DNA of 64,000 bases from Octopus sinensis (taxonomy: Eukaryota), in assembly GCF_006345805.1 (NCBI RefSeq), contig NC_043005.1:69378001-69442000 (forward strand). The letters are read 5' to 3'. The notes under the pieces were generated by a model. The model did not search any database. It had not been told where the DNA came from and saw nothing but the letters and a program-made list of their open reading frames with translations. The translations under genes were made by a program, and so were the position numbers. Every line of letters starts with the position of its first letter. Within the stretch, counting starts at the first letter, position 1. Positions 25,954 to 39,400 of this stretch are shown here, piece by piece.

Positions 25954-26273
25954 CTCTCTCTCTATATATATATAAATATATATATAGACAGAGAGAGAGA
26001 GAGAGAAAGGCAGACATACAGTGACAGAGATAGATTGAGTGAGTGAGTGAGTGAATGAAAAATATATCTTGATAGAGATATAGCTGTGCGTGTATACGTA
26101 TATTATGGCATTTGTGTGAGTATGGTATACATGTGCATATAAGTTTTCTTTGTCTACTTTTGTGTACTTTCTTCACATTTTAAGAATAATTTTATTCACT
26201 TCCTTCTTCAGTTCTATATATATAGATTCTAAAAGTATATCTGCATACGAAGATGTTTTGTCGAAGTCATTTG

Positions 26274-26332
<59 letters not shown>
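25262..26332. repeat. Cluster of long (TA)n, (CA)n and (GA)n microsatellites
   Basis: Tracts at 25262-25480, 25795-26050 and 26276-26332. Confidence 0.92.
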
Positions 26333-26333
<1 letters not shown>

Positions 26334-27099
26334 TCCTGGATCAATTTCCAGTTAGAATCATTGTTCTGTTATTGGTATTGTTTTTTTTTATTCACTTTCA
26401 GACCGATCTATATTTCAAGAAGTACCAGCACTATTTCTCTCGCTATTTTCGGGGTTATTCCCTCAGTCGTTAGCATTTACTTCGTGAACAAAAAGAAAGA
26501 AGGATTAACGTTTTATCAGAATGAGAAACCACGAAACTTTCTCAGGAAAGAAAGTTGTTTCAATATTCTGTTAAGAGAAAGTTGTTTTCTTGCATTGTTT
26601 CATGTTGTTATGTTCTCGTTAGCTTGTCATTATTATGCAAGCATATTCCTATATACGAATAATTAGCTTTTAATTCAGCATTTTCCTTGAATTTGAGTGT
26701 TTGGGTTCAGCACAACATATCGATGGTATTATTAAAGCAGATTTAGAGTAGGATGTTCTGCGTCTTTTTGTTTTATATCTTGAAATTATTACATACGTTT
26801 TCTGTCGAAATAGATTTTAACAGCGATGCTGTTATTATGATCACTCTTCTATGTCAGGCATAACATTATAATCATTATGATCATGATATAGCTCATATTT
26901 AATAATAGAATCACATGTTACGATAAACACACGCTTTCAACATTTCTTCCTACCTACATTTAAACGATGTGTTGCATTATTACCTGCATAGAATTCACTA
27001 GTAAAATTTGATGCTTAACCACGGTGGATTATCAGAGGATAGTAGTTGCAGTCGTATATATCATCTAAAAGAAAATAATGGTATTTTTAAAAAGTCAAA

Positions 27100-27650
27100 A
27101 TTAAATAAACTGGATATTAGATAGGAGATGAGACTTTGAACACATTAGCAGTCTTCAGCTTCATCTGCAGCATCTTGACGGCTCCATAACGTGGCATATA
27201 CGTTTCTAGCTCTGTCCTCGGAAAGTCTTTGAACATCTCTTTGATCTTGACCACCAATCCGGCCTTGTTGTTGCAGGCAGCATGGGTGGTGTATTTCTCA
27301 ACCATACCCTACATATAATGATCCATAAGATTAAATTATCAGAATTAGGAGACGAATTGAGTCTACGTTGAAAGGTGCAGAACGTATGGACGCAGTCAGA
27401 ACTCTCGTCGAGATACTTTCCACTGAGCACTGACTCGTAGTCTCAGGTGCAGCTGTTCTTGTCACGTTTCACAGTTTTATTTTGTTGACAGAGCATTTCG
27501 CTGCAGTCACGAAGTTTGTATTTTGATACCGAGCGCAAATCACCATCATACATGTAACTCTTTTCTAACGCTCAGATGTCTTCCAGTCTTACATTTCTTC
27601 AATTTTTCCCGACTACACATTAATAGTAACGTTCTCTAACGCCGTTGAAA
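27100..27650 (-). pseudogene. Internally deleted maT/DD37D-like Tc1-mariner transposase relic
   Basis: N-terminal MMVICARYQNTNFVTAAKCSVN...DYESVL...SDCVHT is joined directly to C-terminal SPNS.FNLMDHYM*GMVEKYTTHAACNNKAGLVVKIKEMFKDFPR (cf. PNSPDLNPMDYYVWG.VE). Confidence 0.78.
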
Positions 27651-28014
27651 TTCAAGCAATTTGCCAAATCGTTTCTGACAGAAGGAGAAATAAAAATAAT
27701 CAAATATAGCCCGATCAGCCTGTATAAAATTATTATTATTTTCTTTCTTTTTGTCACATAAACAGATGCATTATATATATATATTACACCAGCCGGAGGC
27801 AACAATATACTAGCCCAAACTATTTCACCTACTACGATTGCTATGGACAGAAACGTACCGGCGAAATACGGGCAGGAGCGCGAATGGACTACCGCATGAC
27901 GCACCCATTACGGTATCATCGCCATCAATAGTAAAGTCCAGGAGTGACAGGAGATGATGCTGACAAAGCGCAACCGCGACGGCTTTATCACCCATCCCCT
28001 ACCAAATTCCTGAG

Positions 28015-28155
28015 CGGGAGCAAGGTAACGGCGCAAAGAACCTGCTGCGTATTCACCTTCACAATGAATATCACAGTTGCCAAATCATTCGATGTAAAAC
28101 TCAAGATATATTTCGAAGAACAGTATCGTTCCGAGAAACGAAGTGACTGTTTGAC
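28015..28155 (+). repeat. 141-bp direct duplication, copy 1 (copy 2 at 29052-29192)
   Basis: CGGGAGCAAGG...GTTTGAC; 2 mismatches in 141 bp. Confidence 0.97.
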
Positions 28156-28317
28156 CTATACGCTGGCCAAAACTTCGAAGTCACACTCAAAAACATGCTT
28201 GAATAAAAATATTAAAAATTGTACTCTACGAAAATAGAGAATAGCCAATTGTTTTTAATATAGCTGAAAATTAAAACAAACTTTAATACACACACACGCA
28301 CACGAATGTATATATAT

Positions 28318-28545
28318 ACTCTTTACTCTTTTACTTGTTTCATTTGATTGTGGCCATGCTGGAGCACCGTCTTTAGTCGAGCACATCGACCCCAGGAGTT
28401 ATTCTTTGTAAGCTTAATACTTATTCTATGGGTCTCTTTTGCCGAATCGCTTAGTTACGGTGACGTAAACATACCAGCATCGGTTGACAAGCAATGTTGC
28501 GGGGACAAACACAGACACACAAACACATGCACACACATACATACA

Positions 28546-28586
<41 letters not shown>

Positions 28587-28740
28587 GACGGGTTTCTTTC
28601 AATTTCCGACTACCAATTCCACTCACAAGGCTTTGGTCTGCCCGAGACTATAGTAAAGACACTTGCCCAAGGTACCACGCAGTGGGACTAAACCCGTGGT
28701 TGGCAAGCAAGCTACTTACCACACAGCCACTCCTGCGCCT
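28318..28740 (-). mobile_element. Full-length SINE family B
   Basis: Head GGCGCAGGAGTGGCTGTGTGGTAAGTAGC, internal (TA)n/(TG)n, tail AAACAAGTAAAAGAGTAAAGAG on the minus strand. Confidence 0.9.
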
Positions 28741-29051
28741 ATATATGCATGTAAAATTATACTTAAATACTAAGCATCTCATGTCATTGGTTCATGCAGA
28801 AAATATAATTCGGTTAGAATACGTATGCTTTAACCGGGAGTGGAGTAATGTAAGGAATAATAACGACGGATTGAAATACGTTTTATATTAAAAACAATCA
28901 CGTTATAATTTAATGAAAGCACAACTCTCATTTGGTTGTGTTTATTATACAACAAATAGAAATAACAACAGCGTTTCCAATTATATACGATAACACTATA
29001 TATATATATATATATATATAGTAGATTGTGGTGTCATTTCCGACACAAACA

Positions 29052-29192
29052 CGGGAGCAAGGTAACGGCGCAAAGAACCTGCTGCGTATTCACCTTCACA
29101 ATGAATATCACAGTTGCCAAATCATTCGATGTAAAACTCAAGATATATTTCGAAGAACACTATCGTTCCGAGAAACAAAGTGACTGTTTGAC
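29052..29192 (+). repeat. 141-bp direct duplication, copy 2
   Basis: Lies 1037 bp downstream of copy 1, preceded by (TA)n plus about 30 bp of filler. Confidence 0.97.
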
Positions 29193-29742
29193 ATACACAT
29201 ACATATATAGAATGACATATATCATGCATAAATACACATCCGTATGCATTCACACAAGCACATAGATATATCTGAAAAGAAAATCACACGTAAATGTATT
29301 TGACTCCCACCAAAATATATGTTTACTTATTATTTACGCAGGGAATTGTTTCAAATGAAAGTTAAATCAGTAATTGAATATTACTACTAGAACAACGTAT
29401 TTTTATTCATGATGTTTTAATAAATTATTGGATTACTTAACACAAAAATCGCCAATATCCCTTACTATATAAATCCCTAATTTATACAGTATTCCACATA
29501 TGTAGGAATTAATGAAATTATTTGTGGAATAAGCTCTTGAAATATCGCTGTCGGATGCCTTATAAATTTATTCCATATATGCAAATTCTACATGAATATG
29601 AATATTAATGTAATTCTAGGATCTTAATGCGCTAAAATATAGTTCTAATACTGCCAGTTATTTGTCGCCCGCATATGGATCTGTGTAGCTGCAAACACAC
29701 CCACACACCCACACACACTTATATGCATGTGTGTATGTGTAT

Positions 29743-29779
<37 letters not shown>

Positions 29780-30004
29780 ATGTATGTGTAGTTTTTCAAT
29801 GTGTACAAATAACACGGAAATAATAAATAAATATTTACCAGGGTAGCAAAAATTCACATAAGTTCCAAGGATATCACAGCCTATGTATAAAGGTGGAGAT
29901 TCCAGGGTTAAGTAAAGTGTTTTTCTATAAAAGATACATTAAGAGAGTCAGACGCAGGTGTTATTCAAAGTTTGAATAATACTTGCATTTGACTGCATTT
30001 CTTA

Positions 30005-30006
<2 letters not shown>

Positions 30007-30083
<77 letters not shown>

Positions 30084-30151
30084 GATCTATCTATCTATTT
30101 ATCTATCTATATCTCTATCTTTCTATCTATGTATATTATATATATATATAT
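30007..30151. repeat. (CTAT)n-(TA)n microsatellite
   Basis: Directly visible. Confidence 0.95.
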
Positions 30152-30364
30152 AGTTAATCCAAACATGAAAACACAAAGAGAAAACACAACAACGAGAGGA
30201 CGTGGAACAAAAACAGTATTATTGGACGCTCAGGAAGGAAGGTAAAAAGGAGGGCTTAACGTTTCGAGCGGAGCTTGTCGTCGGAAGCATAGGAGAAGGA
30301 AAGATCCAGAGAAAGGAAGACAGGGGAAGAAATCGCGAACGGTACACACGCGGTCACATTTTTA
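30152..30364 (-). mobile_element. Short pseudo-LTR-like element, family A copy 3
   Basis: Reverse complement of 1763-1958 and 13343-13548; TA repeats on both sides. Confidence 0.8.
30254..30288 (-). ncRNA. Minimal type I hammerhead-like motif (family A, compensatory stem I)
   Basis: GCTT-CCGACGA-C-AAGC(TCC)GCTC-GAAA-CGT-T-AAGC. Confidence 0.55.
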
Positions 30365-31454
30365 ACATATATATATATATACTTCTCATTTTAAAAACAT
30401 ATTTTAATCAATATATGACACTTCGATTTATCATGTAATGCCAATCATTCAAATATATTCGCTAATGTCACTTAAAGTGAAACTAGGACAGAAAGCAGAC
30501 ACCAAAGTTCTCTTACTGTCCATATGAAACAGTTTTAATATGCCCTCAATAGTATTTAATTAGATTAAGAATGGCACAGCAAATAAGAATAAATATAGAG
30601 AGGGGAAATATAAAAAAAACGAGCTTAAGTGAAAAATAAACTGTTGATAAAAATCAAGATGCAAATATTAAAAAAAATAACAAAAAGAATCGTCACCGAA
30701 AATAAACAAAAGACTTATGAAGAAGTAATCATAAGGCGTACTCCATAGAGTGAAATGGAACTCCATTCAACGTTCTTGTTTATTCTATGCACAGGAGTAA
30801 TATTTCTGAGGAATATAAAGAATTGGATGCTTATGAAGCCAGGTTTAAAGGGAATAATTACATTCATACAAGTAGGAAATATAGTAGTATATACGACATT
30901 GCATTTAAACAAATCAAGCACATAAGAGATTACAAGGAAAATACAAATATGGTATATTCCGTCTGGTTGTGTATAGAGCTAATGGATTAAAATTGAGCAA
31001 TGCTGTCATCATTCAAGAAAAATCTTGCAAGTGACGTCTAAACATAAATATGACAAATTTGCCTGTAGCAAATAACGCCAACGTAATCCCTACTTACTCA
31101 AACTATGGTAGCTTCTGTCAGTGTTGAGAGATAAAATATATATCTACGTAGACAATGTATATCTAGTTTTGTCGGATTCCACGATATATAAAAGAGTTCA
31201 AGAATGATAGATATATACATTAATGTCTCAGAGGTATGCTTTGTAAAAGACTATTACTATGATGGATAAACAGTCGGCTGTCGATCAGTATAAAAGAAAA
31301 TAATCTCTGAATATTCAAAGTTTTAAAATGTTTGGCTGTAGAAACCAGGATATGCTAATATCGATTGAAACATGGGCGTCAATTTTCTTGCACGACTGAT
31401 TATGTTATAAGCTAGGGTGTATTTTACTCCTCCTATAATGGTTTCACCGTTTTG

Positions 31455-31780
31455 AGCAAGGCCGGTAAGTTCAGGGGAGCGTTAAGAGGATCCCGTCGGC
31501 CTCAGTACTCAACTGGTACTTATTTTATCGACTCTGAAGGAATGGAATGTAAAATGAAATACCTGTTTCTTTATTACCCAGAAGGGGCTAAACATTGAGG
31601 GGACAAACAAGGACAGAAAACGGATGAAATCGATTACATTGACCCCAGTGCGTAATTGGCACTTAATTTATCGACCCCGAAAGGACGAAATGCAAAGTCG
31701 AACTCGGTGGAATTTGAACTCAGAACGTAACGGCAGACGAAATAACGGTTAAGCATTTTGCCTTGCGGGATAAATATACT
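31455..31780 (-). mobile_element. SINE family C, dimeric/partial copies
   Basis: ACTGGTACTTATTTTATCGAC, GGGGCTAAACA and TTTATCGACCCCGAAAGGACGAAATGCAAAGTCGAACTCGG are reverse complements of modules in 11440-11830. Confidence 0.8.
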
Positions 31781-31785
31781 GCCAG

Positions 31786-31827
<42 letters not shown>

Positions 31828-33387
31828 CATGCATGTATGTATACATAACAAGTTTTTAATATGTATGATAATGGATGTATATTCTATGAAGCTAAATAAT
31901 ATAAGCAATAATACAATAAATTTATTTATGTATTTAGAAGGAGGTAATGCTTTAAGGGCACCTCTACACAACTGATAGCACGCGCGAATGGTAACCAAAA
32001 GGACAATCGTCTTTTCTTAATGTTAGTAAAAATTAATGAATGCAAACCACAAAAATATCAGTTTAAATATGAGACCTTTCGATTATTGTGTAAACGTATG
32101 CTAACCTGAATATAGGAGAATATTAATAGACGAAATCTCCAAAATACCAAATATCTAATATTTCAAAATAGCTCAGTGATCAAACAAAAATGAAAAATAA
32201 GTAACTGAGATGTATTCGACAGTATAATAGAAAGTGCTTCTTAAAATGCTACATGAATTTGTAAATACTTTATCAGCTTCTAAATATGAGATTGCATTGG
32301 CTGTTTCTATATACACAGAGATAAGCTTTCAACATATTTAAGCATAAAAAGACATGCGCAGATAATCCTATACTTTATAATAGCTTATTGGAACTAAAAG
32401 CAATATGAAAACATATTGCAAGACCATTATATTTGAAATGCAAAAAAATTGTCTATATGTTAGAATGAATGAAAATAAAACATTAAATTAATTGTTCAAC
32501 TGTATAAAGTGCATTTGCTTCTTACCTGAGACATAGATACCAAATGTATACACACAAAGAAGTAAAGAATAAATAAATATAAAAACAAATATTTTGCATG
32601 GAAAATTGAAACTTCTATCTTCAATATACGTAGGAGAATTGTAACATAAGTAAGTCCCAAAATGGCGTTATATTCCAGGGAAAGAGACCCATCTTATTGC
32701 TATAGAATTAGCAGTAATTTAGCTCATTCTGTAAGAAATTCTGGTAAACGAATGGCTACATGCAACAACACAACATAGAAAAATTTGTGCTTACTTCATA
32801 GTGATAGTGTTTCAACAACTAAAGTAAAGTGAATTTTGTTACGTACCACATATTCAATATTTCCTACAATGTCAATGGATTGTAGGATGAGATGGTTCCT
32901 AAATTGGAGATATTCTCTTTCTGTTAATCACGATAAACTGGATAAAAGACAAGAAATTTATGAGGATTAAGAATAGATGCTTCGCGTTGAATTATCAATG
33001 ATTGCGATGAAAAGGCGAAAAACTGAAATAAAGTATACTATTATTTCCTTAATGTATCGGATGACATGCATCATCGGCGGACGACCGTTGTATTACAGCA
33101 ATTTCCATCAAGGGAATAATATATGGAACAAATGAATATAATATCTAGTTGTATGTCTTGCATCATAAATGAAAGATTTAAACATTCTCAAATAGAACAT
33201 TCCTTGTAATGCCTCCCAATGCATTCTGGAATAAATATGCCCTGTCTAACATGTAACTCATATAGGTATATGTGAGGGACTGTATGCATGCGTAAGTGAG
33301 TGCCTTATAAGAATGTCCATGAAACAAGTGCGTAATTCACGTGCTTACGTAAAGATGGCAGCACACACACACACACGTGGAAAACAC

Positions 33388-33466
<79 letters not shown>

Positions 33467-33529
33467 ATATAACACTTGAGTCAATAACTTGAAAACCTTT
33501 TGAAATGACAGTTATCATACACTTTCTGG

Positions 33530-33695
33530 TTGAAATCTTGGCACAATGCCAGCAAGTTTGGGGCTGGGGTTAATTCTTTACGTCAACCCCAGTTCTCAAC
33601 TGGCACTTCTTTTGTCGAAAACAACAGACAATATCGGCCTCGGCGGAATTTGAACACTAAACGTAAGGACAGACGTAATGCATCTAAACAGTTTG
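33530..33695 (-). mobile_element. Decayed SINE family C
   Basis: TTGGCACAATGCCAGC...CCTCGGCGGAATTTGAAC. Confidence 0.65.
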
Positions 33696-34992
33696 CACAT
33701 CGTTCTCGTCTTATGAGAAATTACAATATTAAAAGAAAAAAAAAATGATAACACCATCAATAACATAAGCAATAGTAAACTTCAAAACTGTGTAAAATGC
33801 AACGTGTAAATGGATACGTGGCATATATTTTATTGGTAAATATGTTCTGGCATAAGAAATATTATGCACGGTAGATTTAAGTTTTAGAAATGAATATATT
33901 ATCACTTCTTTATTTTTGAATTAACATTTTCATTGAATGACTAATACAAAGAATTCAAAAGAAATCTTATACCCCACTCACCATGGATGGTTGTGTGATA
34001 TTGTGTTAACTGAAAATCGGTAAAATCAGCTACGTATTAATCGGAAGTATAGATATATATCCTTCGCAGTTAAATCGGATCTATGACAATGTATATGCAT
34101 ATTTTGATAAGTATTTACCTGTTGAATTGTGTGTCAGTGCGTAAGTTCCGATATAACACTGTGTGTGTGTTGACGCAAGGATATCTATGTAACGTTGTGT
34201 ATGTACAGGATGTCGAATACATGTAATTCTCTAGTCATGTCTTCGAGGTATCTGTAGATGTTTAACTATATCAGAGAGTTCGGAGTGGTATAAAATAAGA
34301 AAAATATAAACGAAGTAATGACAATATTTACAATGTTTGTTGTTACAGCTTTGTAATATATTCTCAGTCTTTGAAGAAAAAAAAATGTCAGGAGGAGAAA
34401 ATATTTTGCACGTCTAAGTACTAACGAAATGTTTTTACGTAGCACAGAAATATGATCTGTGAATGTGCTTCCAGGTTAATATTCCTTTACTATAATGTTT
34501 TGATGCACACTTTCTGCGCAAAGTATATATGAATATTTTTTCAGTATACTTCATTTCTAGAAATACCTTGAAACACATCTGCTTCAATATATGATTGTTG
34601 AATATGCATGTCAGTGAGAACAATGGTGCCATATTTGTTTGATAGATTATGCATCTTTATATGCATAGGAACATGTATATTATTATATGTGTGTGCGTTC
34701 GTCTGTACGAGTGTGTATATTTGTGTTTCTCTGTGTGCCTGTGAGTGTGTGCATATACACTCATATGTTTGTGTATTTATATATGCAGTGCAAATACTGT
34801 TATAAAAACATGCATGTATATATGGATTTACAGATTAATAGAAAGGCATAAACGGAAGTCCGAATTATATTGCATAACGATTTACTATCAAATCTACATA
34901 TATCTTATTCGCTCTTCATTTTTTTCTGTCTCCCTTTGTACACCCTCCCATAAATATACGTGTGCGTGCGTGTGTATGTATGTGTGTGTATT

Positions 34993-35026
<34 letters not shown>

Positions 35027-36055
35027 CATTGCCAGCCGTACAAAAAATCGAAATAGATGCATATATAATGTATAGGTAATTGGAGGATCTAGATTTTTCA
35101 TATCGTCAAAAATACAGTTTACTATTTAACTGGTTGTCATATATAACTGACCAGAACCTTGCAAATGTTTACATTGGAAAACTTGGGTGACACGTGAAGC
35201 ATGTTGCCGGAAACTGGTTTAGCACTGGAGGTTGTGAAAATATAATTTGAAAATATATTTGGTGCAAATATGGTTTCGAGGATGACGTGAAGTGCAATTG
35301 CCAAATCAGAAGGAAGAAATTAAGATCCTTGCCTCAGTTTGCTATTAACAATGGTTGAAGTGCGTAGACAGTATAACCCGTCTCTCTTTCAGTGTCATAA
35401 CACGTCTCCAGAAACAATTTGCACTTATAACGTTAGTAGTCAAACATTTCGATTTTATTAAAGCGCTTTTCCTTCGATATAATATGCAATACATCAGGTA
35501 TATCATGATTGCATGGTGTTTACTTCGTTGACGTTTTAGTTTTCTATAAAAAACTCTTTGAATATGCAAAGAAACACGTAACTTACAACCAAATATATAC
35601 TCATACACTTCCAGTGTATCTATCTCTTTCGAAGTATAAACAGTAATTCTCAACAATGCACTCATAAACAAAAGATATTTTATTGATAGTTATCTTCAAG
35701 TCAAACATAAGTTAATTTGTAAAATAGATGTGAATATCGTAAACTTCTACAAGTAAAAAAGGTAAATTTACAGAATATTAATGAAACGCTTTCAAACTAA
35801 TAGTCCATAAAATGAATGATAAAGTAAGTAAATGAGAAATGGATCCTATGTGGATAGATTTTAAAATGTTATGCCAGTGAACCTAATTCGATATTACTGT
35901 AAATGATAACAGCAAAATATATATATCTGAAATCAAACTCAGATTTTTTTGCATATTTCTGAAAATTTTCACGTCACTCGAAGTATAAAATGTTACCGTT
36001 TTCAGTAATTTCATTTAGTTATTTCCTCAAATCATCTCATATATTTATATATATA

Positions 36056-36228
36056 GGGAGAGTTTACGAAACAAACAAAAGACGAAGACGTGGTGTACAA
36101 AACAAACAGACGTATTAGTATAAGGTTCAGGAATAGAAAAAGTATTTTACGTTTCGGGCCTACGCTCTTCTACAGAAAGAAACAGAGAAAATCAAGGAGA
36201 GAAAAAAATGTGTAGTGGCTAACGATCT
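36056..36228 (-). mobile_element. Solo Penelope pseudo-LTR-like element (family B-PLE copy 2) between (TA)n tracts
   Basis: Roughly 70% similar by eye to the 3' end of the Penelope fragment (13130-13258). Confidence 0.72.
36145..36178 (-). ncRNA. Hammerhead-like motif (family B-PLE copy 2, A6U core)
   Basis: TTT-CTGTAGA-A-GAGC(GTAG)GCCC-GAAA-CGT-A-AAA. Confidence 0.5.
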
Positions 36229-36243
36229 ATAAACATATATATA

Positions 36244-36358
<115 letters not shown>

Positions 36359-36370
36359 ACATATATATAT

Positions 36371-36412
<42 letters not shown>

Positions 36413-37887
36413 ACATTATATATATATATATATGTGTGTGCGTGTGTGTGTGTGTTTGTGTGTTATTTAATAAGCTCTATGTATTTATCAACCTCTTATA
36501 TTTTTATACGCTGAGAACAACTCCGTATTTTATACGTCATGTGCCTTCCTGCAATCCTGTAACTAGGTTAATATAAATATACCTTATATTTACATTATGC
36601 ATGTGTATGTATGTATATACGTGTAATTTCACTACTCTCTGCTATATTTGTACAATACCTATTACGGCTTCTTCATGAATAATCTGCGCTTTAGAAAATA
36701 ATATATGTGTGCAGAATACAGGGCATTTGTTTCTGTATCTTATTATAGTGACTATTTTTCTATCTATATCTCATTCTCCATTAAATTTTATTTGAAAATA
36801 TTGTTTGATTTCTTCTATATTGCTGTAGGATATGCTGATTATGAAAGTTTAATAAAAAGGCCTAAAATTTGTTATTGCTGCATGAGAAACGCAGCCAGCA
36901 TTTGAAGCCCATTCTCCTGTATGACGGCCTTGGACTTATGTTAAGCTGGTATTTGTGTAAAGTAGTGAACTTTCTTTGCATTATATAAATAATAACTAAT
37001 GCTTATTTTATGGATACAGCACAAGTATATTGGATTAAATACCACTTTGTGGCACTCGTAATCCTGTCGTAAGAGTAATATAATCTATATTTGTGTGAGC
37101 TGACAGATAAAATGTTACTGAGTACGCCTTTCCACTTTCCTCACAATCTGTTGTTAGATATTCTCGCTTATTCAATACAATTTTCTCGGTGCAATCTTCA
37201 ATTGTGTTTTTTTGTTTTTTTTTGTTTAGCTCTTTCATTAGTTACTTTCTTAAGGTATTCACTGTATATGTCATCAGAGAAGCATTATTGCTCTCCATAA
37301 ATTGCGTTTATATTAAACCATATTGTAATATATTATTCTGAAAAACATTCCATTACGTTCCACTTTAATAAGGCGTGTATTCAGTTCATGAATCCGCTAT
37401 TTTAATCAAAAGCAACTGCACTTGAGAATATAATACTTCCCCAGAAGTTTCACAATTGATCCATTATCCCTCTACATCTTGCAAATTAGATATTATTAGT
37501 TATGTAATACATAGTTATATTTTGAATTATTTATGTCTTAAAGCATATCACTGTATTGCGTGTTGATGCATACGTAAACCTTAAGTTTCTGTTATAAATA
37601 AATAAACTTACATTACACATAAATCCTAAAATTATGGAAATAGCTGAGTGTTTTGACATAGTTCCTGTGTATATGTTCGATGACCCTGCCGACTAATAAC
37701 TTATCATTAAGCCATACAAAGCGGGAAAGCAAAATAGAAATTTGTTCTTTAGTTTTAAAACGCTAAATTCAAAACGGTTTCGTATGGATGAATATATATA
37801 TAACTTATGTCTTTCTAAATATGATATTGCGTACACAATGTAAATAATCCCTAAAAGAATAGTAGTCACACAGTGAATCAATCCATA

Positions 37888-38106
37888 TACTCTTTACTCT
37901 TTCTCTCTTTTACACGTTTCATTCATTTAACAGCGGCCATGCTGGATCAGCGCCTTTCGTCGAGAAAATCGACCCCGGGACTTCGTACTTATACTATCGG
38001 TCTGATTTGCCGAACTGCTAAGTTACGGGGACATAAACACACCAGCGTCGGTTGTCAAGCAATGCTAGGAGGACAAACACAAACCTGCACACACACACAC
38101 ACACAT

Positions 38107-38161
<55 letters not shown>

Positions 38162-39321
38162 CTAGAATTAAAGACCCGTCGTTGCCGAGTCATAGTGCTA
38201 GTGCATGTATATATGTGTATATATATGTGTACATATTGCATGTACATCTATATATATACATCTACACATAAACTGCAAAATACAAAGTTATATCTTGATA
38301 TCGCTAGTGATAAAAATACTCAAAATATATAACAGGCTGGAATTGTTAGCCCGTCTCTTGTAATTTCGATCAATTGTATCTTGTCCCCCCCCCTTGTATA
38401 GAAGTGTGGCTACAATCCAGCCTACCTCTATTTCGGGAGGGGGAGCATTTTAGTTTTTTTTCCGGGACGTCCTACGTTCCAGATATAAAGGTATAAATAA
38501 AATATTTCCACTTTGCAAGTTCAAGTCGAGTACTCCCTTGCACTCTCCGTTGACTCGAACCTTGCTTCTATTGTGGCGAATTTACCGCCTCTGATTAGAT
38601 ACCTTTCATAGTCGCACCAAAACTCTTTTGGAAGGTGCTTTCCTCCATGTGTTCAAATCTTCTTTTTTCTTTACATTGTATACTTTAAGTTTTTATTATA
38701 ATTTAAGTTTTTATTATCCATCTGGACTATTCCATTTCTGCAAGCTAATTTTATTTTTAATTTATTCCCATGAATGTGAAACCACTTATTCAAGTTCAAA
38801 TCATTGATGCAATTTTATACCAATTGCTATTTTTACTTTCATCATGTTACTTTAGTTTGATTTTAATTATTACTTACTACATATAATTCAATTGCTATTA
38901 TTATTTTTATTGTTAAAGTGAAAGTATCTGACATAAAATAGAGAAACGTTTTTGTTTCACTTTTAACACGTAATATTGAAAAAGTGGAGAAGATATGATA
39001 TTGCTATGGGCTCGCTCTAAGCAAGAAGTTGAACAATTTTTTGCCCATGAAACTACATGGACCCTAAGTAAGGCATGTGTAAAATTTGAATGAAATTGGT
39101 TGTGTAGTTCTCAAGTTTTAGGGAAACACACAAACAGAGAGACAGTCACACATTCTCAGTTTTATATATATAAAGATAAAAGACGGGCTCCTTTCAGTTT
39201 CTGTCTACCAAATCCACTCACAAGGATTTGGTCGGCCCGAGGATATAGTAAAAGACACTTGCCAAACATGCCACGCAGTGGGACTGAACCCAAGCAAGCT
39301 ACTTACTACGCAACCACTCCT
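37888..39321 (-). mobile_element. SINE family B split by a Helitron
   Basis: Tail half at 37888-38161, head half at 39177-39321 (AAAAGACGGGCTCCTTTCAGTTTCTGTCTACCAAATCC...); collinear with 28318-28740. Confidence 0.85.
38162..39176 (-). mobile_element. Complete non-autonomous Helitron, 1015 bp
   Basis: Minus strand begins TCTTTATATATATAAAACTGAGAATG and ends with the hairpin CTCGGCAACGACGGG then TCTTTAATT-CTAG; inserted between A and T with no TSD. Confidence 0.88.
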
Positions 39322-39400
39322 ATCTTTACAGGCTATTAAAAGTAAATTATCTTTTAATTGAAAACCGTGGAAATTTTACTAAATTTATTCGAGAATGTAT

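Noticed and set aside
30787-30990. ORF HRSNISEEYKELDAYEARFKG... with an upstream acceptor
   Set aside because: No recognisable family and no good donor.
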